Below are positions 21,373 to 31,332 of a DNA stretch of 64,000 nucleotides, piece by piece; position 1 is the first letter of the stretch; the number at the start of each line of letters is the position of its first letter. Position numbers and translations under genes: made by a program. Under the pieces are notes generated by a model. The model saw only the letters and a program-made list of their open reading frames with translations. It was not told the origin of the DNA and did no database searches. Location of the stretch: assembly GCA_963783575.1 (NCBI GenBank), contig CAWAOD010000003.1, positions 96,001 to 160,000 on the forward strand. The letters are read 5' to 3'. This DNA comes from an uncultured Spirochaetota bacterium. Lineage in GTDB: Bacteria > Spirochaetota > Brevinematia > Brevinematales > JAOACQ01.

Positions 21373-22777
21373 ACAGACTTTGCTTTGATCGATCTGACCC
21401 TGTATACGTCGATTAAGTCCTTTTTGCCTTTGATCTGCTGATCTTTTAAAATTTCTGCATCAGTTTCCGGCCTTACTTTTGAGAAAACTGATTCTGAAAT
21501 AAGAATATTGCCCGGTTTGGCCAATGAGCAAAGCCTCGACACAACATTGACTGTGTCTCCGATAACGGCGTATTCCAACCGGTTCCTGCTACCGATGTTT
21601 CCGGAAAGCATCTCTCCGGAGTTGATTCCAATTCCAACCTCAAGGCCGAGGTTCAATCCCCTGACCTCCCGGATCATCGCCGCGGCGCAGTGAAGCGCAA
21701 TCGATTCGCTTTCAAAAATCGCCATTATTTCATCGCCTATGAATTTATCCACATCGCCGCCACATTTTTCCACACTTTCCGCCTGGACTTCAAGAATTTT
21801 ATTAAGGCTGCCGACGACAACTTCCGGAGCATGACTTTCCGTGAAAGATGTAAACCCGCGTACATCGGAGAACAATACGGTGAGTGTTTTCTTTTCAGGC
21901 AGGCCGGCCATTTCACCTTCGCTTGCCGCCATATTGCGGGTGGAAGAGGAAACATATTTTGTCAGTTTGAATCGTTCTTCCAGCCCTTTAATCATATTAT
22001 TGATCCTTTCGGCAAGGTTGCCAAGTTCGTCTTTCCTATTAAGGTTAACACGGGCTTTGAAGTCTCCTCCGCCCAGCAGTTCAACCGCATATCCGATTTT
22101 CAAGATTGGGGAGATTATCAGGTTCCTGAGAAATAAAAACAGGACGGCAATTAAAACCGCTCCGGCGGATAAGAAGAAAATTATAAGGATTGTCCTTGTA
22201 TTTTCTATCTGTTTATATGTCCCGGCGATGGAAAGCTTAAAATTTATCAATCCCCGGTAAGGATAACCGCTTCCATGGCGTTCATGCATTCCGCCTGGTT
22301 TTCTATCGGGTAATAATATTCCAGTTCCTTTGTCCCGGAATAAAACTCCTGTTTGAAAACCTGCCTGTCAAGGGCGTCGCTGATATCGGATAAAATATTT
22401 TTCTTCTCATTGCTTGTATGATTGTCGGTAAGCCTGGGCGTTTTTTCAAAACTGATCCCTTTCTGGTTACTGTTCACATAATCCAGCGTTTGGAAATCGC
22501 TGAACGCCATTATTCCGTTTGTATGATAAATTGCAATGGACTTGTATTCATTCAGGTCCTGAAGGTCCGATATTGTGCGTACCAAAAGCGGCGCTCTTCC
22601 GTCAAGCATCATATTTTTTAAGGCTGTAAGGAGGATTCCACGGTTCATTGCACTTATCAGGTTTGAACTTTGTGTCGAGTTGATAAAATATACGATAAAC
22701 ACTCCGGCGCTTAATAACACCAGTACAATAAGAGAAATGATCTTAAACTGGATCGAAGAAAAGCGGTAGGATTTCAT
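21369..22777 (-). CDS. Membrane adenylate/guanylate cyclase (periplasmic sensor, HAMP, class III catalytic domain), split by a frameshift near 22280
   Basis: Motifs LFSDVRGFT, DKFIGDE, IGDTVN; HAMP DELGNLA. The two overlapping ORFs join into a two-TM sensor. Confidence 0.85.
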
Positions 22778-23283
22778 GGATTTTTTTCCAGTTTATGCAT
22801 TATAACAAAATCATTATTTATAAATGCTTTATGGCAGTTAATGCAGGACCCGACCTTGCCGGACGAAAGAATTTTACCGTTCGGCGAGTATTGCGCCCAA
22901 TACCAGTCATTGCCGGCGGGATTAAAATCCTTAATTTTAACCATAACGCTTATATTATTCATCTCCTGATCCGAATCATATGCTTCTTTTACTATTATTC
23001 CGCCTTCAGGCACGGTTTTATTGGTCATAGGAATTGCTTCCCTGATTATATCGTTAATGAATATTTTATGAAATGGCCCGTGCGGCGCACGTCCAGGCTG
23101 CATACCTTTATGGTCCGGCCAGAAAGAATATTTATGATAATCGTCTTCTTTAGTTATTCTGTTCCAGAGCGAATCAGCATTGATGCTTTTATTATCGAAA
23201 TTCTCCATATCTTTTTTTGCGAAAAGCGCCGATACGTCAATTACTATAAGAATTACAAAGGTAATCATAAAAACATTTTTCAT
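22774..23283 (-). CDS. Cytochrome P460-family monoheme protein
   Basis: Signal peptide; PEGGIIVKE, VMVK, DWYWAQY, and C-terminal CINCH heme-c motif. Confidence 0.82.
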   Translation of the reverse strand: MKNVFMITFVILIVIDVSALFAKKDMENFDNKSINADSLWNRITKEDDYHKYSFWPDHKGMQPGRAPHGPFHKIFINDIIREAIPMTNKTVPEGGIIVKEAYDSDQEMNNISVMVKIKDFNPAGNDWYWAQYSPNGKILSSGKVGSCINCHKAFINNDFVIMHKLEKNP

Positions 23284-23342
23284 TTTATCCTCCTATAGAT
23301 TTAATAATTTCAAAATTTTTTCCAGTAAATTCAAAACGGATA

Positions 23343-23785
23343 TTACCATAATTGCGGAAGCGCATGCCCGGTTTCCAGAAGGGATTTCAGGCTTGAGATT
23401 ACTTTAGGCCAGCCTTCGGTTATCTCCTGAAGCATATCGGAATCGCTTTCAAGGAGATTATGCTCTAATATTAAACGAGTCACCCCAAGGAAAGGCTCAA
23501 TCTCAAGTGTGAATCTTGTATGCTTTTCTTCGTTAGCAATATCTTCCGGAAAAGCCCAGGTTATTACAAGCCGCTTTGGAGGTAAAAATTCAACAACCTT
23601 ACCGGCCAGGTCGATTGGCCCGTTTATATCATTCCTCCGGTGCTCCCATTTTGAACCCGGCTTCCAGTCTGATACATTCACATGCTGCCAGTATTTCTTT
23701 GTTATTTCATGGTCTATAAAAGCATTCAGGTCTTCTCCGGCGTTGATGAAATGTATGCAACATAAATAAATTTAACTTTTTCCGT
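23343..23785 (-). pseudogene. SRPBCC/AHSA1-family protein with ACG in the start position and a frameshift near 23730
   Basis: Reconstructed (M)EKVKFIYVAYISSTPEKTW NAFIDHEITKKYW...SDWKPGS...GWPKVISSLKSLLETG, preceded by AGGAG. Confidence 0.7.
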
Positions 23786-23892
23786 AAACAAACTCCTGAC
23801 GATTTATTACTAATAATAATAATATTTTTACAATTCATCAAATTATATTTTTAATTTATAATAAAAATCCGTCAGAGCCGCTACGAGTAAAT

Positions 23893-24318
23893 TTATTTTA
23901 ATTCTTTGACAAAATATTTAGGTTCTTCAATAAAGCCCTGCCTTTGATAAAACCTGTGGGCATCATTCCTTCTTGAATGGCAGTGGACTTCTATTCTTTC
24001 ACAGTTCCTGTCCCCTGCGATTTTTACACATTCTCTTTCCAGAAGATCTCCTATGCCCCTGCTCCTGCTTTCCTCATCAACGCAGAAATAACTGATCCTT
24101 GCAATATCGCCCTGCATTGCAAGCTGAGGGATAAAGTGGATTGACATTAAACCGTATACAATCTCATTCTCCTCGGCAATAAGAATCATTTCATTCTCAT
24201 CTTTTGAAAACTGGCTGATTTTATTGTCAATAAATTTTTCAGTGTCATTATAATCAAGCTGTGCAAGCAGCTTGATTATTGAAACGGCGTCGTTTAAAAC
24301 TGCTTTTCTAATGGTCAT
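23893..24318 (-). CDS. GNAT family N-acetyltransferase
   Basis: MTIRKA start; motifs VDEESRSRGIG, AHRFYQRQGF. Confidence 0.9.
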   Translation of the reverse strand: MTIRKAVLNDAVSIIKLLAQLDYNDTEKFIDNKISQFSKDENEMILIAEENEIVYGLMSIHFIPQLAMQGDIARISYFCVDEESRSRGIGDLLERECVKIAGDRNCERIEVHCHSRRNDAHRFYQRQGFIEEPKYFVKELK

Positions 24319-24469
24319 GATTTTCTCCTTAAAACGGTTAACAATATAATTAATTGCAGGAATAAAAACAAGAAAATTGATGATTTTATTCGGACTGAAA
24401 TTGTAATCAGGCAATATTTTCCCTTTTGGCAAAAGGGAAGCAAAAGCTTTATTAAAAACTCTCTTTTTA

Positions 24470-24700
24470 TTAAAGAGCCTCACTATGCAGTCCTGCTGAG
24501 TTTGGGTCGCATCCGTCCTGGCGGCGAAATATGAACGGATCTATTGATAATGAAATGGGAATAACAACGAAAGTTATACCAAGATCGTTTTCAACCGCAG
24601 GGAAGCTTAATCGGAAATGGCGCTCATGCTGCGGGATGCGATTAAGAGGGTTGCGGTCACTGAGTAGGACGTTAGCCCGTATCGAAGTGACCATTATGAA
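24470..24700 (+). repeat. Structured non-coding element; partial inverted copy at about 25900-26105
   Basis: Shared blocks AGCCTC..CAGTCC, GGAATAACAACG and TTAATCGGAAATGGCRCTCATRCTGCGGG (27/29 identical); internal nested stems. Confidence 0.6.
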
Positions 24701-24932
24701 GGCCAGTTGTATAATCAATTTAATAAATTATATATTTAACCTTGCCGGAAAAAACTGTTAGGTGTATAATAAACTATAAAATAAAAATTAAGCCGGGTAA
24801 AAAATGGATCGGAATGAGAATCCAGGCGAATTAATCCATCATACTGATCGCATAAAAGCCGTTGTCGAACATATCAAAATAACTGCCTGCTTTAATGTAA
24901 TTAAACATTTCATGTTAAAGGAAAAGTATATT

Positions 24933-24968
24933 TTCCAGAGCAAGTGGGCATGCCCACTTGCTCTGGAA
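24933..24968. repeat. Perfect 36-bp palindrome (REP) immediately upstream of the RAYT gene
   Basis: TTCCAGAGCAAGTGGGCA|TGCCCACTTGCTCTGGAA. Confidence 0.85.
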
Positions 24969-24984
24969 GGATGAGGAAATAAAT

Positions 24985-25520
24985 ATGGCTGAAATATGGC
25001 ATACGACATGGTCAACACACAATTCCAGAGTTCCTACGCGCAAAGCTGTTTGGCTGGATGATGAAAGCGAAAATTTTATTACAAAAACCATTGTCCGTAT
25101 TATTGCCGGGGATAAATTAAAAGTATATGCTTATAATATTTGCGGCGATCATGTTCATTTGCTGATCGAGGCGGAATATGCCATTCTCCCGGGAATCATC
25201 GGTAAAATTAAATCCATGAGCGCACGAGAGTATAATATTCATATGGGTCGGACAATTCCCCATCCACATCTTCGTCCCATTCCAGAACAAGGGGGCATGC
25301 CCCTTGTTCTGGAATGGGACGGGACCGGACCCAAAACTCTCTTTGGGCGCAAAAATATAATAAATGGCGGATTGACGACAAAAATGAATTCATCAATACA
25401 ATAAATTATATTTTGTCCAACAGGACAAAACACGGTCTGCCGGAAAATAAAAATCTAGATACATTAATCCAGTCAATGATAGATTTTTCCGGGATTTACG
25501 AAAGGGGCATTGAAAAATAA
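24985..25520 (+). mobile_element. Y1 HUH transposase (IS200-like / REP-associated tyrosine transposase), frameshift near 25300
   Basis: WHTTWST, HUH motif DHVHLL, KIKSMSA, LWAQKY, and catalytic-Tyr region NYILSN in the shifted frame; flanking and internal palindromes. Confidence 0.8.
25273..25321. repeat. REP palindrome inside the RAYT coding sequence
   Basis: CGTCCCATTCCAGAACAAGGGGG-CATG-CCCCTTGTTCTGGAATGGGACG, with the same core as 24933-24968. Confidence 0.85.
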
Positions 25521-25801
25521 ATAAAATCTCCCCAAAATTCATAAAAAAGAGGGCAAGGAATAGCCATGCGGTTAATTTAATCTATTTATCACAATTATAG
25601 TTAGTTAATAAAAGCAGCATTACTTATTTATACAATTAACCGCTTGCAGAACCTCGTTTCTTTCAAGATTCCGAAGCAGGACATGGCTGAAGTAACAGCC
25701 GCGATTACAACCCTGTAAGCTAAACTTTTGCTGTTTAAATTATACTTTGCCCCCAATTTACTCCACCCATCGCTCGCCAATCGAAGATTCGGCGGCCCTA
25801 T

Positions 25802-25884
25802 TCGACATCATGTCGCTTGTATAACTAGCATTCTGCACAATATTGATTATTTAAGTGATGCTCTCATAGCACGTCCGTGTGCCT
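25802..25884 (-). repeat. Three-hairpin element, copy A (diverged)
   Basis: Minus strand GGCACACGGACGTGCT...GAATGCTAGTT...CGACATGATGTCG. Confidence 0.65.
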
Positions 25885-26209
25885 AATGTGGCTTCATTTT
25901 GTGCGCCCCGCAGTATGAGTGCCATTTCCGATTAATCCTTTATTAAATAAAAAGAATTCTCAGAATAAAACCGTTGTTATTCCTGTCCGACATAGTCTAA
26001 ACAAGCTTGAGGGTTTCAGACAGGAGGACTGAAACCGATGAATCAGTCCAAGCCTGCCCTGAGCATAACAAAGTGAACGGACTGATGAGGAGGCTGTTAT
26101 TTAAAGACAGCTCTTACAAAAACCACGAATAACAACACCAAGATATTATAAAGCATTCAAAACATACTATTCATACTGTTATAAATAATCAGTTATCTGC
26201 TTTAATCTT

Positions 26210-26287
26210 GGGAACAGGATGTTCCATGAAACTTTTCATTAATTATGAAGATAGTTGAACGCTAGTTTGTCAGCGCAACGATTGCGC
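26210..26287 (+). repeat. Three-hairpin element, copy B
   Basis: GGAACAGGATGTTCC-N28-GTTGAACGCTAGTTTGTC-A-GCGCAACGATTGCGC. Confidence 0.8.
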
Positions 26288-26481
26288 AGAAATGGCGTTC
26301 ATACGAAGGAGCGATTCTTTCTTGCGCCAACTCGGTTGGTGAGGTTACTCTCATTCTGATCGATCAGAAAGAGAGTAACAAAGCCCCACTTTTTTGCAAA
26401 AAATCCGGTTTTTTAATATCATATAATGTTGATTTTTATATCAGTATAAAACAAACAATAACTTTCAGGGAGGTTCTATCA

Positions 26482-27066
26482 ATGTCGGAAGATATGATGG
26501 AAATAAGATGGCACGGTAGAGGCGGGCAGGGAGCTAAAACGGCGGCCTTGCTTCTCGGTGAAGCGGCGATATCTGCCGGTAAATATGTCCAGGCTTTCCC
26601 GGAATACGGTCCGGAGAGAATGGGTGCGCCGGTGGCGGCTTATGACAGAATTTCAGGTAAGGAAATCACGATTCATTCGCCGGTATTGAAGCCGAATGTT
26701 GTGCTTGTTCTTGATGAAACATTAACCGATTCGGTAAATGTCGCCCAGGGATTACCGGAGGATTCGGGTGTTTTGATAGTCAACACGCCGTTTTCAAAAG
26801 AATCCATTAAAAACAGGATCAAATGGAACGGCAAAAAACTATTTACAATTGACGCTTCAAAAATCGCGCAATCTTTTATCGGTAAGCCTATTCCAAATAC
26901 GCCTATGATCGGGGCTTTAATCGGCGCGACGGGCCTTCTGCCGATAGAGGCTTTTATGGACGATACAAAAAGAAAACTGGAGAAGAAATTCGCTTCAAAG
27001 CCGGAGGTTATAGATGGCAACCTTAAAGCGATAAGAGCGGCTTACGAGGAGGTAAAAAAGTTATGA
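26482..27066 (+). CDS. porC: Pyruvate/2-oxoacid:ferredoxin oxidoreductase gamma subunit
   Basis: Motifs EIRWHGRGGQGA, FPEYGPERMGAP, PNTPMIGA. Confidence 0.9.
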   Translation: MSEDMMEIRWHGRGGQGAKTAALLLGEAAISAGKYVQAFPEYGPERMGAPVAAYDRISGKEITIHSPVLKPNVVLVLDETLTDSVNVAQGLPEDSGVLIVNTPFSKESIKNRIKWNGKKLFTIDASKIAQSFIGKPIPNTPMIGALIGATGLLPIEAFMDDTKRKLEKKFASKPEVIDGNLKAIRAAYEEVKKL

Positions 27067-27482
27067 CGGCAAAACCCGAATTTAAAACATGGAAGGATAT
27101 ACCGGCCGGAGGTGTGCTGGATAGCGGCACGGCTGAATATTTTCATACCGGCGACTGGAGGAGCAAAGTCCCGGTCTGGCAGGAGAAAAACTGCATCCAC
27201 TGTATGACTTGCTGGGCATACTGTCCCGATAATGCCATTAAAATCAGGGAAGGCGCTAAAGGTAAAGAAAGGGCGGGATTTGACTACGATTTCTGCAAAG
27301 GCTGCGGGATATGCCCTGAGGAATGCCCTCAGAACGCAAAAATAGTAAAAGAACTCAAAGCAAAAGATCCGGGATTGAAAATGACAGCATCATCCGGTAC
27401 CGGCAATCAGGAATTTGAAAACAGGGCAGCGATTCTTCTTGTGAGTTTGAAAGACGCCAAAGATAAATTCAATATTAAATGA
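27063..27482 (+). CDS. porD: Pyruvate/2-oxoacid:ferredoxin oxidoreductase delta subunit (2x[4Fe-4S])
   Basis: Motifs TGDWR, CIHCMTCWAYCP, CKGCGICPEECP. Confidence 0.9.
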   Translation: MTAKPEFKTWKDIPAGGVLDSGTAEYFHTGDWRSKVPVWQEKNCIHCMTCWAYCPDNAIKIREGAKGKERAGFDYDFCKGCGICPEECPQNAKIVKELKAKDPGLKMTASSGTGNQEFENRAAILLVSLKDAKDKFNIK

Positions 27483-27497
27483 CGGAGGAAAAAAATA

Positions 27498-28683
27498 ATG
27501 GAAAAAATTATAGCCGCGAGAACGGGTAATGAAGCCATGGCCGAGGCCATGCGCCAGATCAACCCCGACATATGCGCAGCGTACCCGATAACTCCGGCAA
27601 CTGAAATAATGCAGATTTTTGCGGGATTTGTAAATGACGGAAAGGTAAAAACAAATCTTATAACGGTTGAATCGGAGCATTCCGCAATGAGCGCTTGCGT
27701 TGGATCGGCCGCTTCGGGCGCGAGGACAATAACCGCGACATCTTCCCAGGGGCTTGCCCTGATGCATGAAATACTATTCATCGCTTCAGGTTTAAGGCTG
27801 CCGATAGTTCTTGCCGATGTAAACCGCGCTCTTTCCGCGCCGATAAATATCCACTGCGACCATTCCGATACAATGGCGGAAAGGGATTCGGGCTGGATAC
27901 AGATATTCTCCGAGAATTCACAGGAAGCTTACGATTCCAATGATCCAGGCGGTCAGGATAGCGGAGCATAAAGATGTGATGCTTCCGGTAATGGTAACAA
28001 CCGACGGATTCATTATCAGTCATGGAATGGAAAGGCTTGAAATGTACCCGGATATTGAAGTCCAAGAATTTACCGGGGAATATAATTTCCCATATAATGT
28101 ACTCGATACGGATCATCCTATCACAGTCGGATCTATCGTATTAACCGACTATTATTTTGAGTTTAAAAAAGCCCAGAGAGAAGCCATGAAGAACGCGAAA
28201 AAGGTCATCCTCGAAATCGGCAGGGAATTCGGGAAAAAATTCGGCAGGGAATACGGCCTGATTGAGACCTACCGCTGTGAAGACGCGGATTATATTACCG
28301 TATCGATGGGCTCAACAGCCGGTACATCAAAAGCTGCCGTTGATGAGCTCAGGCAGGAAGGCATTAAAGCGGGCCTTATCAAAATCAGGGTATTCAGGCC
28401 TTTTCCGGCGGAGGAAATTGCCGGAATTTTATCAAAATCAAAAGCCTCTGCCGTTCTGGACAGGGCAGAAAGCCTTTCAAACCAGGCAGGGCCGGTCGCT
28501 ACAGAGATAAAAGCCGGTTTATATGATGCCGGCGTTAATATTCCACTGTCAAGCTATATTTACGGACTTGGAGGCAGGGAAATATTTATTGAGGACATCA
28601 AAAATGTTTACCGCGGATTGAAAAATATGTCTGAAGGAAAAAGTAAACCAGTACAGGCCGCCTATATCGGCTTGAAAGAATAG
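27498..28683 (+). CDS. porA: Pyruvate/2-oxoacid:ferredoxin oxidoreductase alpha subunit, frameshift near 27938
   Basis: Motifs AYPITP, ESEHSA, TATSSQG, DGFIISH, RPFP, YGLGGR; one extra C splits the ORF. Confidence 0.9.
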
Positions 28684-28696
28684 TGAGGAGGGTAAA

Positions 28697-29626
28697 ATGT
28701 CAACACCAAAACAAGCTTCGGCGATAGAGACTAAATTTTCCGGAGGCCATAGGGCCTGTGCGGGCTGCGGATTTCCAATAGCGATAAAGGAAGTATTATC
28801 CTCCTGTAAAGAACCTGTAGTTGTTGTCAACGCGACCGGATGTATGGAGGTTACCTCCACTATTTTTCCGTTTTCGGCATGGAAAGTTCCTTTTCTCCAT
28901 AACGCATTTGAAAATGCGGCAGCGACTTGCTCAGGGATCGAAGGGGCTTATCAATCATTGAAAAAACAGGGTAAATTGGATAAAAACATTAAGTTTGTCG
29001 CGTTCGGCGGAGACGGCGGGACTTATGACATAGGCATTCAGTCATTGTCCGGCGCAATGGAAAGAGGGCATGATATGCTTTATGTCTGTTACAACAACGA
29101 TGCTTATATGAACACCGGTGTCCAGAGGTCTTCCGCGACACCCCGCGCCGCGCATACAACAACGGCTCCGGCCGGGAAGGCTGTCGGAGGTAAACAGCAG
29201 TTTCCGAAAGACCTGACGGAGATCATGGGCGCCCATTCGATAGCATACGCGGCGCAGACTGTTATAGGCATGTGGACGGACGCAACAAAAAAATTTGAGA
29301 AGGCTTTCGCTTTACAGGGTCCGAAATTCGTAAATATTTATTCACCCTGCGTACTGGGGTGGGGTTATGAAACTACCCAGACCGTGAAGATGTCAAAACT
29401 TGCCGTAGATACCTGCCTCTGGCCTGTTTACGAAATCGAGAACGGCAAATACAAAATCAATTATAAACCTGCGAATAAACTGCCTGTGACAGAGTTTTTT
29501 AAGACACAGACAAGGTTCAAACATATTTTGAAGAATGAGGCCGTAATTGCCGAAATTCAGGCTTATGTCGATTCAAAGTGGGAAAGGCTTTTATTAATGG
29601 AAGAAGCGACGAATAAAGTTAAGTAA
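28697..29626 (+). CDS. porB: Pyruvate/2-oxoacid:ferredoxin oxidoreductase beta subunit
   Basis: Motifs GHRACAGC, ATGC, TPP-binding GGDGG...YNNDAYMNTG. Confidence 0.92.
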   Translation: MSTPKQASAIETKFSGGHRACAGCGFPIAIKEVLSSCKEPVVVVNATGCMEVTSTIFPFSAWKVPFLHNAFENAAATCSGIEGAYQSLKKQGKLDKNIKFVAFGGDGGTYDIGIQSLSGAMERGHDMLYVCYNNDAYMNTGVQRSSATPRAAHTTTAPAGKAVGGKQQFPKDLTEIMGAHSIAYAAQTVIGMWTDATKKFEKAFALQGPKFVNIYSPCVLGWGYETTQTVKMSKLAVDTCLWPVYEIENGKYKINYKPANKLPVTEFFKTQTRFKHILKNEAVIAEIQAYVDSKWERLLLMEEATNKVK

Positions 29627-29642
29627 GTTTAATATTTATATA

Positions 29643-29669
29643 AGCCCCGGAAATACCCGGGGCTTTTTA
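29643..29669 (+). terminator. Rho-independent terminator after the por operon
   Basis: AGCCCCGG-AAATAC-CCGGGGCT followed by TTTT, between convergent genes. Confidence 0.8.
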
Positions 29670-29681
29670 TTTATTACTTTA

Positions 29682-30362
29682 TTACCTGAGATACTCTATT
29701 TTAATATCCGGCTGTATTGAAATCCCCGGTTTTGCAAACAATTCGACAAATCTGCAGCCTTTTTGCGGATGGAATAAATTGGCGGAAGCGCTGCTTCTTA
29801 TTATCCATGCGGTATCCAGTCCTCTTTCAGTGCCGGCAAGCGCCAGAACATTCTCGTTTTCTGGGATGACACCGGCATCCGTACACATTAAAACCGATTC
29901 AAGACAGACAAGTGTCCCGGTAGAAATCAATTCAAGAGTTTTAGCTAAAATATCCATGGACGATATATGTTGTAAGTGCAGCCTCATAGAAAAACTCGGC
30001 CCAAAAAATGGAATGGTTCCCCTGACAGTCTTCACACCAAGTTTTTCCAGTTTAATTTTATTTTCCTCAGTAATTTCCATAGGTACGGTTTTCAGGCCAT
30101 TTTTCAGCCAATCATCCCTTATTTTTGATAATTCCGGGATTTCTGCAAATATATCACGGCCCATTTTATCCGCTTCCCAGAACATTCCCTGCGGGCAGGT
30201 TACGCAAATAATATTTTTATCTTTGACCCTTTCAGCCAATTTTACAGCACTGTCGTCGGTAACTGAGGCTACAGCGATATACCGGTATTTTTCCGCTTCA
30301 ATCAGGGCAATTTCAATAATGCCCATGGTATTTACCGGCCCGGGCCTCTCAAATACTTTCAT
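29682..30362 (-). CDS. Stand-alone pyruvate kinase C-terminal (alpha/beta) domain protein
   Basis: Motifs FERPGPVNT, VAS, MCTDAG, AGTERGLDTA. Confidence 0.7.
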   Translation of the reverse strand: MKVFERPGPVNTMGIIEIALIEAEKYRYIAVASVTDDSAVKLAERVKDKNIICVTCPQGMFWEADKMGRDIFAEIPELSKIRDDWLKNGLKTVPMEITEENKIKLEKLGVKTVRGTIPFFGPSFSMRLHLQHISSMDILAKTLELISTGTLVCLESVLMCTDAGVIPENENVLALAGTERGLDTAWIIRSSASANLFHPQKGCRFVELFAKPGISIQPDIKIEYLR

Positions 30363-30445
30363 AATACACTTCCTTCTTAATGAAAGTCACATTATCTTAA
30401 TAACAATATTGTTTCTAAGAATATCGGTCAATTTTAGTTATAAAT

Positions 30446-31117
30446 TTATTTTTGATTATTCTTTTTCGGTTTCTTTATACCCAATTTTTCAAGCTTATCC
30501 GGCTTATCTTTGAGAGCTTTAACAGAAACTTTACGAAAGCCTGCCATCCATATGTCAAGCTCATTGAGTTTTTGATCCATTTTAATCCTGGATTCCATAG
30601 CCGTCAGCATTAATTTTTTCTGTTTAATAAGCTTATTTGAAACATCTTTTACTAGTGAATACTCCGAATCAAACCTGGATGACGAATATCCGAAACGGGA
30701 CATTTCAGCAGCAAGCCAGGGATTTTTTATTAAAGCCGAATAAAAGGATTCCGCCTGTTCTATCCAGCCGAATAAAGTCCTGCATCTTTCATTATTAAGC
30801 TTAAGAATTTTATTCGTACCGGTACTTTCATCGCAGATGATCCTTACTATTTTGAGTGATCTTATATATATGTTTACAGCCTTATCCCAGGCCTTTTCAA
30901 CTTCTTCAGCCAATTTGATCTGAGCCTCATAATCGGTTTTATGCCGCTCAAAAAGTTTCTGCGCCTCTTCACACAGATTTTGTCCGTATTTTATCCTATC
31001 GCTGTCATACCCAGTCACGGAAAGCGGATTCCTGATTTCTGAATCATCCATAACATTAATTAATGTCTTTCTGCTTGACTGCAAAAATTTTTCCAGCCTG
31101 TTTTTTTCCTCAGACAT
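30446..31117 (-). CDS. Hypothetical helical protein
   Basis: 223-aa ORF with GGAGG RBS; ends ...LEKLGI. Confidence 0.65.
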   Translation of the reverse strand: MSEEKNRLEKFLQSSRKTLINVMDDSEIRNPLSVTGYDSDRIKYGQNLCEEAQKLFERHKTDYEAQIKLAEEVEKAWDKAVNIYIRSLKIVRIICDESTGTNKILKLNNERCRTLFGWIEQAESFYSALIKNPWLAAEMSRFGYSSSRFDSEYSLVKDVSNKLIKQKKLMLTAMESRIKMDQKLNELDIWMAGFRKVSVKALKDKPDKLEKLGIKKPKKNNQK

Positions 31118-31332
31118 AATATCCTCCCTAAAATTTTTCCATCAATTATATTACTCTATAGTTTACTGTAAAAACAAGCCGAAAAACAATATGCTTTCGG
31201 GTATAATTATTATATGACTATGGTCACAATTTATGATGATATAATAATCCCTTTGTGAAATCAATCCCGCTGCAGCAAACTAAATAAAACTAATTTTATT
31301 CCAATAAATATGTTAAAATAATTACTATATAT

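Noticed and set aside
24470..24761. ORFs of 82 aa (-) and 76 aa (+)
   Set aside because: Neither has a clear RBS or motif. The region is better explained as a structured repeat.
26075..26135. CTGATGAG followed by a stem, suggesting a hammerhead ribozyme
   Set aside because: The required CGAAA core after stem II is absent (the sequence reads TACAAAAAC), and I could not build stems I and III.
25802..26287. Three-hairpin elements interpreted as tRNAs, integron attC sites or terminators
   Set aside because: There is no acceptor stem or T-loop, no GTTRRRY/RYYYAAC ends, and no U-tract.
29779..30513. 244-aa plus-strand ORF
   Set aside because: It is antisense to the PK_C-domain gene.
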